From IMG/VR virus record IMGVR_UViG_3300037293_000449, positions 1 to 51,073 of that record: 51,073 nt of DNA. One strand, given 5' to 3'. A program made the position numbers and the translations under genes. The notes beneath the pieces are model-generated. The model worked only from the letters and a program-made list of their open reading frames with translations, was not told where the DNA came from and made no database searches. The DNA is from a virus (taxonomy: Duplodnaviria > Caudoviricetes). Shown piece by piece: positions 1-8,098 of the stretch (positions within the stretch are counted from its first letter, which is position 1; every line of letters starts with the position of its first letter).

Positions 1-327
1 TTAGTAGGTGGTTGCGATGGCCTGCGCCAACTGCATATCCGACATGAAAGGGGCGCTGTAGGTTGAGCGATAGGCGCGTGACGCCTGCTCAAACTGCGCC
101 CCGCGGATCTGACCCTGCGAGCCGATAAACGCCAGCGCATCACTCTTGGATGACTTGAACAGCTCCGGGATGGACGAGGTCAACGCGGTTGCCCCTGAGA
201 CCAGTACAAAAGGCGCGACCGACGTGAGCATCAGTGCGCCCTGGAACGGGTTGTTGTTCTCGGCGGCTATCACCGGATTGCCGAGCACGGCCATGCTGGC
301 GAATGCCATTACCTTCCATGAGTCCAT
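1..327 (-). CDS. DUF2388 family protein (host flank)
   Basis: Start taken at MDSWK (327); signal-peptide-like N-terminus; DALAFIGSQGQIRGAQFEQA and SDMQLAQAI match the Pseudomonas DUF2388 pattern; high GC like the host. Confidence 0.75.
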   Translation of the reverse strand: MDSWKVMAFASMAVLGNPVIAAENNNPFQGALMLTSVAPFVLVSGATALTSSIPELFKSSKSDALAFIGSQGQIRGAQFEQASRAYRSTYSAPFMSDMQLAQAIATTY

Positions 328-539
328 CGTGTCTAGCTTCCATGCGTTGTGGGGGGCGTCACGATAACAAAAGTTGGCCCCTGACAACCTACAGACTCTT
401 CGGCCGTGCCTGCACAAGTGGCCTAGAGCACTGATCTACCTGGCTTTTTCACCCATTGCCGGACACGAGAAAGCCGCGCCGCGACCTTGCGCCGAAGCGA
501 TTGGGTGTATATATTCCCAACCCTGCAACACGCGCTACC

Positions 540-578
540 GCCCGAATGGCGAAACTGGTAGACGCATGGGACTTAAAA
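540..578 (+). pseudogene. 5' half of host tRNA-Leu(UAA), interrupted at the anticodon loop (attL)
   Basis: GCCCGAATGGCGAAACTGGTAGACGCATGGGACTTAAAA gives acceptor 5' strand, D arm and anticodon loop; the sequence after 578 (GCATTTGAG...) is not tRNA-like. Confidence 0.93.
570..578 (+). repeat. attL core GACTTAAAA
   Basis: Identical to 50377..50385; joining the two flanks at this repeat rebuilds an intact tRNA-Leu. Confidence 0.9.
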
Positions 579-707
579 GCATTTGAGTGTCAACACCCCT
601 CGCATCACCCCCTCATCTTCCGTATTACCTCCACCACCACGTAAACACTAGGCCTCGGCGCACCTTGCTGCCGAAACCATCAGCCTCCCCAAACCGACAT
701 TTTTTGT

Positions 708-841
708 CCTTGGTAGCTATTTGGGAGCTGTAGCTCAAAATCAGGCCAGCTTTCTCCATCGTTTGACTGCTTACCTAAGCGCTCGCCAAACTATTTTCAC
801 TTTTCTCAAAAATATTTTTAAGGCCGTTTGCGGCTCCCAAG
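708..841. promoter_or_regulatory. Putative integrase arm-type sites, left arm (TTGG[T/G]AGC)
   Basis: CCTTGGTAGCT 708..718, TTGGGAGCT 721..729 and inverted CGGCTCCCAAG 831..841; the same motifs occur at 50172..50203. Confidence 0.65.
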
Positions 842-868
842 CCACCGCTATGGCCTTTCCGTGGGCGA

Positions 869-898
869 TAAAAAACCCGGTCGCTGGGCCAGGTTTTT
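869..898. terminator. Bidirectional intrinsic terminator downstream of xis
   Basis: A-run, imperfect GC stem ACCCGGTC-GCTG-GGCCAGGT, then T-run. Confidence 0.55.
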
Positions 899-970
899 GG
901 GGAGTGCCAGGGCGTCGTGCCAAGGCCTCGACGAGCATCGTGCTCGCAGGTGTTTCAGGTAACGATGATC

Positions 971-1159
971 TTAGGCTGGGCAGTACATCGTCTGGGAAAA
1001 TCGCACCACATCTTCACGCTTGTAAAAGACTCGGCGAGTGAGGTGCTTATGAGCCGGGAGTTTATCCCTGAACTTTCCAGTGTAGCGCCAGAAACGCAGC
1101 GTCTCGGCAGACAAGCCCAGGATTTGCGCAGCTTCGCGGGGGTTCAGATATTCCGACAT
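971..1159 (-). CDS. xis: Excisionase / recombination directionality factor (MerR-like HTH)
   Basis: 62 aa, YLNPREAAQILGLSAETLRFWR...RVFYKREDV; lies next to attL. Confidence 0.8.
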   Translation of the reverse strand: MSEYLNPREAAQILGLSAETLRFWRYTGKFRDKLPAHKHLTRRVFYKREDVVRFSQTMYCPA

Positions 1160-1338
1160 TTATTTTTCCTTTTGTACGCGTTGAGTTTGCAAGCCAGGGT
1201 CTCTACCCCCGACTTGTCAATTCACGGTAATTGTTTGGAAAGTGGCCGTCAAGGCGCAGCAGCAGACTTTTCATAGTATGCTAACACCATACCTTTAATA
1301 TCTAACGATCTATTAAAAGCATACTGTTTCATGGACAT

Positions 1339-1415
1339 AAAAAAGCCCCGACAGGTATGAGAGAGACTGTCAGGGCTACATGATTGAAGGAAAAAGGAGG
1401 TAAACCCTCAACCAT
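1339..1415 (-). ncRNA. Putative ~77-nt two-hairpin antisense sRNA with anti-SD loop
   Basis: Extended -10 TG-T-TATAAT at 1429..1421 (-); 11-bp stem with loop UUUACCUCCUUUUU; 11-bp stem with loop UCUCUCUCAUAC followed by a U-tract. The second stem also serves as the primase terminator. Confidence 0.6.
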
Positions 1416-1474
1416 AACTAATTATAACATAGCAGATTATATAGTGTGTAGTTTTTACTCTTTTTGTTATCAAA

Positions 1475-2773
1475 TTATAGCGTATTTATGTGCAGGTCTC
1501 CGATTTCGTTTTGAGCCTTGAAGCCGTTAGTGCCAGGTTTGTGTTTGATGCGAGCCATCACAGTTGCGCCGCTAGCCTTAATTACATCCTGAAGTTCTTC
1601 CATAGGTGTCTTAGTGGCCTTCGCGATCTTCTGGATGGTTGAGTTGCTGATCTTGATTGCCATGTCGCTATTACCATCACCATAAAGTCTATGCCAGAAG
1701 TGCCGCCCGGCATGATCACCCGACATGACTTGAAGTTCCATTAGTACAGATGCGCCACCACTCTTTGTGGGTTTGCTGTTGAATGACTTGAACTTGATCA
1801 TTGCGTCGTGGGTTGGCATTGCTTCCGTCGATTCCGACTTTTTTACGACAATAGTGGTATCGACCTGCTTCTTGAACTTCCTGCGAATTGAGTTGATGTG
1901 GGACTTCGCGAAGATTTGGCATGAACGCCATGCAGCAGCATCTTGTGACTCGCCAGGTCGCGGCCTGTTTCGTGGGTATTGCATGTCGCGGAAGTACGGA
2001 TCGTCTGAGTGTTCAGTGTTGTCGACCTCGAATAACCTCCTGGCGATCTCCTCTTCTGTAGCTGAGGTGATCATTCCGCCGACAATTCGATTGAGTTCGT
2101 AAGAGCGTCCACGGGCTCCGGTATTGCCAGTTGCTTTGCGTGATGCTCCAGGCTTGTACATCATGCTGAGTCCGTAGCTCGACTGCTGAAGCTTCAGCTC
2201 AAGCACTTCGACAGGGTTGCCAGGGTTGTAAAAGCTGATTGCATGAGCAAGGCGATCAGGATGCGCGGTGTAGACGTAGTAGCACTGCGATGGAACCCTC
2301 CAGCAAGGGTCGATAGCGCGAAGGAGTCTGCCATCCAGAAAGTCGTCTAGGGTCTCAAGCATCGCTGCGCAGATCGAATTGTGCTCTTCGTGAAAGTAGG
2401 GTCGGTCAGGAGTGATTACCACACGGAACCTTGGCGCGCTTAGGGTGTGGCTGTGGCTCGTATAGAGGAAGTGCTCAAGACCCAAGTCAAGGAGCGCGTC
2501 CTCGATCTCTTCAAGCGCGATCATGTCGTCGTCATACCCCTCACCAAGTTTCTGGTCGATGTCGAAGATGATCAAAGAAGACGAGATCACATTGAGGTCA
2601 CTGCGCGCAGGGATGTTAAAACTGGCTGGTACGAACGTCATTGCATTCGTTTTCTCGGCCAAAACCTTTGGCTGTTCAAAGTGCTTTTCGAACAGCATTT
2701 TTAATGAGTCAGCTGACTTGTTCGAAACGTAGTTCGTTGAAGCAGTCGTCTGTGTTGCATATCTAATGGTCAT
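1475..2773 (-). CDS. AEP-superfamily primase fused to a C-terminal DUF669-like (SSB-like) domain
   Basis: IIFDID and YTSHSH...PRFRVV primase motifs; C-terminal KPTKSGG..LMELQVMSGDHAGRHFW...NEI resembles DUF669. Confidence 0.65.
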   Translation of the reverse strand: MTIRYATQTTASTNYVSNKSADSLKMLFEKHFEQPKVLAEKTNAMTFVPASFNIPARSDLNVISSSLIIFDIDQKLGEGYDDDMIALEEIEDALLDLGLEHFLYTSHSHTLSAPRFRVVITPDRPYFHEEHNSICAAMLETLDDFLDGRLLRAIDPCWRVPSQCYYVYTAHPDRLAHAISFYNPGNPVEVLELKLQQSSYGLSMMYKPGASRKATGNTGARGRSYELNRIVGGMITSATEEEIARRLFEVDNTEHSDDPYFRDMQYPRNRPRPGESQDAAAWRSCQIFAKSHINSIRRKFKKQVDTTIVVKKSESTEAMPTHDAMIKFKSFNSKPTKSGGASVLMELQVMSGDHAGRHFWHRLYGDGNSDMAIKISNSTIQKIAKATKTPMEELQDVIKASGATVMARIKHKPGTNGFKAQNEIGDLHINTL

Positions 2774-2821
2774 TTGCTCTTTCCTTTTCTTTTGAGGCTC
2801 TCTCTTGCCTCCATGTTCCCA

Positions 2822-2850
2822 GTATTAGAAATGAGCAAATGTTGTTGCAA
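2822..2850 (-). promoter_or_regulatory. Putative sigma70 promoter of the primase gene
   Basis: TTGCAA-17 nt-TAATAC(T) on the minus strand; spacer contains TTTGCTCATTT. Confidence 0.45.
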
Positions 2851-2982
2851 CTACTTTTTTATTTATTTGGGCTGGCGAGAGCTTAGGACGGCTATTGAGT
2901 GTGTGTCTAACGTGTTTCTGCGCTGAGCTCAGCTTCAAGGGGGTTCACAAAAAGTTTTTCTTAGTCATGCTTGGTTTTGAGT

Positions 2983-3043
2983 CACCCCACCTACCTATCG
3001 TCATTTCTTTCTTCTTCTATATAGAGAGCTAGTAGATGGGGTG
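2983..3043. other. Candidate replication origin A (palindrome around an AT-rich core)
   Basis: CACCCCACCTAC...GTAGATGGGGTG (11/12 inverted match) flanking an AT-rich spacer, between the divergent primase and origin-binding helicase genes. Confidence 0.45.
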
Positions 3044-3147
3044 GTGGAACAGTAAAAACACTTGGTTCAGAGAAACGCTTTTGACCTGTCCCTGTAAGAT
3101 GAATGTATACCTCATTTAATTATTTAGTCTATTTTCATCGTGGCATC

Positions 3148-3177
3148 TTGTATCAGTGTTTGCTCATTTTGGATACT
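3148..3177 (+). promoter_or_regulatory. Putative sigma70 promoter of the helicase gene
   Basis: TTGTAT-18 nt-GATACT; spacer contains TTTGCTCATTT. Confidence 0.45.
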
Positions 3178-3224
3178 GACTACATCAGGGGAATGAGAGA
3201 GCCCCTAAATAGAGGAAACACAAT

Positions 3225-5564
3225 ATGAATAATGCAATTTCTACACAATCAGTCATCATCGACAACAACAAAAATGCTTTGGAATCTGCTCTTGAACTTA
3301 GAGAGTACAAAAACACTACCCGCCTGATGTCTATCGATGGCGATGTACTGAACGCTGTCTCAGTAGCTTATAAAACAGCTTCTGGTCTCCACAGCGCCGA
3401 TGCTGGTCAAATCACTCGTTCGATCTACACGATGTCGAAAATCGCAATCGCCCTGATGATCGTGAAAGCTGACAGCAGCGACAAAGCTTTCGACGCAGCA
3501 GCCTTCGAAATCGCTCGTGATGTTTTCGTCTCCGGCAAAACCCAGGATAAGGCCCATGCTCTCGCTGAAGCAACTGGTCGCACCCAGGCTGCTTGCGAAT
3601 CAATGATCAATAGCAAGCTCGAATTCCTCACCAGCAGGATGAACTCAAAAACCAACGCGCTGACCGACACTGGCATCTCTACTGAGACCCCAGAAGCCAT
3701 TCGCGACATCATCCTGGCAGACGGTGGCAAATACCTGATCAGCCTGCCTACCGGCGAGGGCAAGTCGACCATCATCAACGAGCCAATCCTCAAGCAATAC
3801 ATTGCAGCAGGTAAGAAAGTCCTGGTCATCTCCCACAGGCGCTCAATCAACAAAGCCTTGGCTAACATCGACGGTATTGTGAGCTACGACGAGTGCGATC
3901 AACCTGAAGTCCTGCTCAACGCCAAGGGTCTGAAGATCGTCGTTAACTCGCTCAACTCACTCAAGTTCAAACGCTTCATCGCGAGTGTCGACCTGGTGGT
4001 TATCGACGAGGCATCCCAGGTGATCTCCCACGTCCTCGGCGGCGAAGTCAAAAATCGCCAAGCCGTATGGGAAACCCTTAATTTTGTCGTCAAAAACACC
4101 CCGAGCGTCATCATGTCTGACGCTGACATCGACGCACGCTGCGCTGAAATGATCGGGCCTGGCTACAAGCTGTTCAAGAAGCCTGCAGCTCACTCTGGAA
4201 TTACTGTGAAGACCGGTGACATCAACCATGTGCGTGCCCTGGCCGTCGCGTCAGCTTGCAAGACACCGACCCTGATCGCCTGTGACGCAGTGAAAGAAGC
4301 CCTGGCTCTCGCAAAGTCGATTGAAAAGCAAGGTGGGCCAGCAGCGCTCGTAATCACTGCTGACAATGCCTTGTGGCCGGAGCAAGCGGCGTTCATCGCA
4401 AACCCAAACGGCACGAATCACCAAGTCGTCATTTACAGCCCAGTGATCACGTCAGCGCTATCGATCACCTCTGGTCACTTCAAAGCTCACTACGGCGTTT
4501 TTCAGGGGCAGGTCGTGCCAAGTGACGCGATTCAGATGCTTCGTCGTGACCGCACCGCCAAGAGCTTCGTGGTGGGCATTAAGCAGTCGATGTACAGCAA
4601 GTCTGAGGCCGTCGAAGCGACGTACAAGTGCAGCCCGATTGCTCTCGATGATCTCGTTCCACATCTGAAAGCTGACACCTTCGTCCCGGTAGTTTTTATC
4701 CGCGACCCTGACAAATCAGATGAAGAAAATGATGCTGCGATCAATGAGGCTCAGGCTGATGCCAAGAAGGCGTTTGACGCAGCCCAGAGCGCCAAGCTTC
4801 AAAGATTGATCAGCGCTGAGGTTGCGTCCATCAACTTCCGCTTTGTTGAATACGGGCATCGCAAAAACGAGGCATGGCTGCGAGACAACATCCAGTCGGC
4901 ACTTCCAGCAAGCCTGCTCGCACGTGGCTTTGAGGTTGAAGTTCTTGAGCATGACGATGACCTATCTCTGGCCGGATTCAAAGCAGATAGTCAGTCCCGC
5001 AAGGCTGTTAAGCGTGAAGTAGCCAAAGGCCTCAACCACGCCGTCAAGGCTGACCCAGTGACTGCTCAGCGTGTTCAAGAGTTCGGCTCGGTAAATGAAC
5101 AGGAATACTTGGAGGCGTCTCGTGCAAGGGCGATTGAGGTGATGAAGGTATCGGACTTTGATCTGGATGACGCGATGATCTGGGGACATGGCGAAGGTGA
5201 ATCCAAAATCATCAAATTCCGCGAACTGATGAGCACCACTGAAGCCCTTGGTGCAACAGATGATCGCAGCTCGAAAAAGGTAATGTCTCTGCTGAAGCCC
5301 GCGCTTGAAACAATGTCTACCAGCAACGCCTGGTCTGGCATAGAAAGCGTTGCACTGTTCGACAGCCTCAACACCATTCGCACTGACGTGCTGACAGTAG
5401 GCATCAGGATTAGCTCTGCAAAAAGCGATCAAGCCAAGAAGGCGGACATAACGAAGATCTTCAGTCAGTTCGGACTTGTCGTCAAAAAGCACGAGACAAC
5501 GAACAAGCAGTTCTTCTACACCGTTAGCCCGAAATCACTGGCTCAAATGACACGATACATCTGA
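3225..5564 (+). CDS. SF2 helicase, replication origin-binding protein (UL9/CyRepA1-like)
   Basis: Walker A LPTGEGKST, ISHRRS, Walker B VIDEASQ, MSDAD, IYSPVITSALSI, QMLRRDR. Confidence 0.75.
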   Translation: MNNAISTQSVIIDNNKNALESALELREYKNTTRLMSIDGDVLNAVSVAYKTASGLHSADAGQITRSIYTMSKIAIALMIVKADSSDKAFDAAAFEIARDVFVSGKTQDKAHALAEATGRTQAACESMINSKLEFLTSRMNSKTNALTDTGISTETPEAIRDIILADGGKYLISLPTGEGKSTIINEPILKQYIAAGKKVLVISHRRSINKALANIDGIVSYDECDQPEVLLNAKGLKIVVNSLNSLKFKRFIASVDLVVIDEASQVISHVLGGEVKNRQAVWETLNFVVKNTPSVIMSDADIDARCAEMIGPGYKLFKKPAAHSGITVKTGDINHVRALAVASACKTPTLIACDAVKEALALAKSIEKQGGPAALVITADNALWPEQAAFIANPNGTNHQVVIYSPVITSALSITSGHFKAHYGVFQGQVVPSDAIQMLRRDRTAKSFVVGIKQSMYSKSEAVEATYKCSPIALDDLVPHLKADTFVPVVFIRDPDKSDEENDAAINEAQADAKKAFDAAQSAKLQRLISAEVASINFRFVEYGHRKNEAWLRDNIQSALPASLLARGFEVEVLEHDDDLSLAGFKADSQSRKAVKREVAKGLNHAVKADPVTAQRVQEFGSVNEQEYLEASRARAIEVMKVSDFDLDDAMIWGHGEGESKIIKFRELMSTTEALGATDDRSSKKVMSLLKPALETMSTSNAWSGIESVALFDSLNTIRTDVLTVGIRISSAKSDQAKKADITKIFSQFGLVVKKHETTNKQFFYTVSPKSLAQMTRYI

Positions 5565-5698
5565 TGTATCAAGCGCCAAGGAAGGCGCTGCAATATACCC
5601 AATATAAATATTTTGACAAACTTGCTAAGCGCTATTGAACGGCCAAATGCTCATATTTATTATGGAAGGTATAGCAAGAATAAAAAGGAAAAGGCTAT

Positions 5699-6358
5699 AT
5701 GACCGCTTTTATTGATATCTCGCAACATCAAATTGATATGGGGGAAGTTGACGAGGTAAGGGCTTGCCTGTTGAAACCATGGGGGTTTAGGGAGCTCGAC
5801 CGAGGTCTTTTATTTAGCATCGCCCAGACATGCCTGCATGCGCTCCACAAGGTGCCTTGGAATGATTACAACGCACAGCATTACAATGGACGTGTCGTGA
5901 CAGTCGAAGATGTAATTTTCCTTCCTGACCTTCCGCCAGTCCCGAAGCCTTATCGGAGTTGGCCCGAAGCATTCATTATGATTTTTGGCGGTCTGCAGGA
6001 GTGCGAATACGAGCCGAAGGAACAAAAGCTCAGGTACGTCGTTGAGCACACATACCAACCTGACTCTGTTGATCCGAACAACCCGAAGATCGTGTTCGAA
6101 ATCAAAGGTGTCATTCCTACATTGGTAGATGCAAAGAAGTACAGAGCTGTTGCGGAACAGAATGGCGTGCACATTATCTTCATCCTTCAAGAGAAAGGGA
6201 TTATCTGCCCCTGGTCAAGGCCTCGCAAAGATGGCACCAGGATGACCCAAGAGGAATGGATTTCAAAGGAGCGTTTTGAATACTGTTACCAAGGCGAAGA
6301 AGAGCTGTTCAGAGCAACCGACAAGTACAAGAAGCTCGTAGCAACATTCGGAAAGTAA
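5699..6358 (+). CDS. T7 endonuclease I-like PD-(D/E)xK nuclease / junction resolvase
   Basis: HTYQPD...FEIKG...DAKKY...IIFILQ...RKDGTRMTQEEW parallels the T7 gp3 motif order. Confidence 0.65.
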   Translation: MTAFIDISQHQIDMGEVDEVRACLLKPWGFRELDRGLLFSIAQTCLHALHKVPWNDYNAQHYNGRVVTVEDVIFLPDLPPVPKPYRSWPEAFIMIFGGLQECEYEPKEQKLRYVVEHTYQPDSVDPNNPKIVFEIKGVIPTLVDAKKYRAVAEQNGVHIIFILQEKGIICPWSRPRKDGTRMTQEEWISKERFEYCYQGEEELFRATDKYKKLVATFGK

Positions 6359-6390
6359 ACCTGCAACACCAAACATGACGTACAGAACAC

Positions 6391-6415
6391 AAGGGCCACG
6401 ATGGCTCTTTTTTTT
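6391..6415 (+). terminator. Intrinsic terminator
   Basis: AAGGGCCA-CGA-TGGCTCTT followed by a T-run. Confidence 0.7.
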
Positions 6416-6493
6416 GCTTAAATTTTGCGCACAAATAAAGCCTTTATATTAGTGTTACAATGTCTGCATAAGAATAATAATAAAGAGCACGAC

Positions 6494-6988
6494 ATGCGTA
6501 GAATTCTTGGGATTGATCCTGGCAAGAGCGGTGGCCTATCGGTAGTAGATGAGCAGTTTAACTTCATTGCCTGTATGCCTATGCCGGTTGCTTCCATCGA
6601 AAAAATCGAAAGAGTCGACCCTCGCCCTATTTTCGACTTTATAAAACTGCACAAGCCTGATTTAGCTATTGTCGAGCTTGTGGGTTCGAGGCCATGTGAG
6701 GGCGTGAAGTCCGTTTTCAGCTTTGGCGATTCTTACGGCGTCGTCCGCTCTTTGGCTGAAGCTCTCTGTGCAGACGTTCGCTATATCACACCTCAGAAGT
6801 GGAAGAGTTTTCAGGGCCTTATTGGGCTTTCAAAAGATCAAGTTGCAGAAATCGCTTATGAAGTCTTTCGCGTCGAAGATATTTACGGCAAACCCTATAA
6901 GCGTAAGGGCCAGATCAAGCGTAAGACCTGCGACGGGATCTCTGACAGCCTGATGATCGCTAAATACGGCGTCAGGTTTTTGGAGTGA
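6494..6988 (+). CDS. RuvC-like Holliday junction resolvase
   Basis: ILGIDPGKSGG, IVE, SFGDSYG, TPQKWK, DGISDSLMIA; ATG 6494 follows an A-rich leader. Confidence 0.85.
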   Translation: MRRILGIDPGKSGGLSVVDEQFNFIACMPMPVASIEKIERVDPRPIFDFIKLHKPDLAIVELVGSRPCEGVKSVFSFGDSYGVVRSLAEALCADVRYITPQKWKSFQGLIGLSKDQVAEIAYEVFRVEDIYGKPYKRKGQIKRKTCDGISDSLMIAKYGVRFLE

Positions 6989-6991
6989 CCA

Positions 6992-7498
6992 ATGGCGACT
7001 AAGGCGCTCACAAAAAAGATCATCAGTGATCTCGAAAAGTACATCACCCAGACGACCAGCCTGAAGATCGCCTGCGGCTGTGCCGGTGTGCCCTCGTCGA
7101 CGTTTTACGTATGGCAGAAGGCCGCGAAAGAGATCGAGGAAGAAGGCAAAGACGAGTCTGACTTAACCAAAGGGGAAGCTCTCCTGTTGGAATTTTTGGA
7201 GCGCATTGATCTGGCGAAAGCCAAGTCGTGCAAACCAGCTATCGATGCGGTCATGAAAGCGATCAAGGACGGCGATGCAAACCAAGCTGCCAGGTTGCTC
7301 AGCAGACGAATGCCAGAAGAATTTGGCGACTGGAACAGGAAAGAAGTAACGATCCGTCAGGAAGTCACCGAAGAATCCAGCACCGGCATCGCCCTGATCC
7401 CCTCCATGTCCGGCGACAACGACCTAGATCAGCTACTCCAGCAACAGCAATCCGACGCTCATTTGCTCGCAAAAACTAAAACAAGCGAGCTCAGCTAA
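6992..7498 (+). CDS. Probable terminase small subunit
   Basis: N-terminal HTH (ACGCAGVPSSTFYVW), helical body, located upstream of TerL. Confidence 0.65.
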   Translation: MATKALTKKIISDLEKYITQTTSLKIACGCAGVPSSTFYVWQKAAKEIEEEGKDESDLTKGEALLLEFLERIDLAKAKSCKPAIDAVMKAIKDGDANQAARLLSRRMPEEFGDWNRKEVTIRQEVTEESSTGIALIPSMSGDNDLDQLLQQQQSDAHLLAKTKTSELS

Positions 7499-8061
7499 TG
7501 ATCAGTCAACGCACTCCATTTGACTGCGGCATCGCCACGCTAGCCAACGCGCTGGGCATCACCTACGAGCAGTCGCTAGACCTCTATGGCACGGACAAAC
7601 AGCACAACGGCGTAACCATCCAGCAAACCGCATCGATCCTATTCAGCCTTGGCTATGCACCCGTGTATACCGCGCTCCCAGGATTCGTCAAAGCCAGCGG
7701 CATCGAGATGAGCACAGCAAATCCGGACATCCTGGAGAGCTTTGGCCACCCAGCAATCCTGCAAGTCCTAACCCCCTCTGGAGTCGTTCACCAGGTCTTC
7801 TTTGACGGCAAAAACATCCTCGATCCAAGTCCCTCAGTCGACGGCCTTCGAAGCGTCAGCGAGTACGAGTGTGTCGACGCGGTGATCCTCTACAAGCGCT
7901 TCCACACGGGCGGTGTGATCTCCAGCAAGCCAGGAGATGCCATTCCCCAGATCATCAGCACTGACTATCCAGAGCCGCGTAAACGGTTTGTGTTCAAAAA
8001 CAACCAGGCGCTTGTGCGCAAACAGGCTGTTCTGTGTGCGGTACGGGAAGGTGCTTTGTGA
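7498..8061 (+). CDS. C39-like cysteine peptidase
   Basis: Q-x4-DCG (QRTPFDCGIATLA), later HQVFFDG and ILDP motifs of the C39/papain-like fold. Confidence 0.6.
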   Translation: MISQRTPFDCGIATLANALGITYEQSLDLYGTDKQHNGVTIQQTASILFSLGYAPVYTALPGFVKASGIEMSTANPDILESFGHPAILQVLTPSGVVHQVFFDGKNILDPSPSVDGLRSVSEYECVDAVILYKRFHTGGVISSKPGDAIPQIISTDYPEPRKRFVFKNNQALVRKQAVLCAVREGAL

Positions 8062-8098
8062 TCCGTATACGGGGCATTAAGGCCGGAAAGGTGCGCTT

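Noticed and set aside
374-1041. ORFs across attL (374..586, 456..644, 721..1041)
   Set aside because: They overlap the tRNA half, arm sites and terminator, with no recognisable protein features.
1324-1338. LexA box CTGT...ACAT upstream of xis
   Set aside because: Spacer is 7 rather than 8 bp and the right half-site mismatches.
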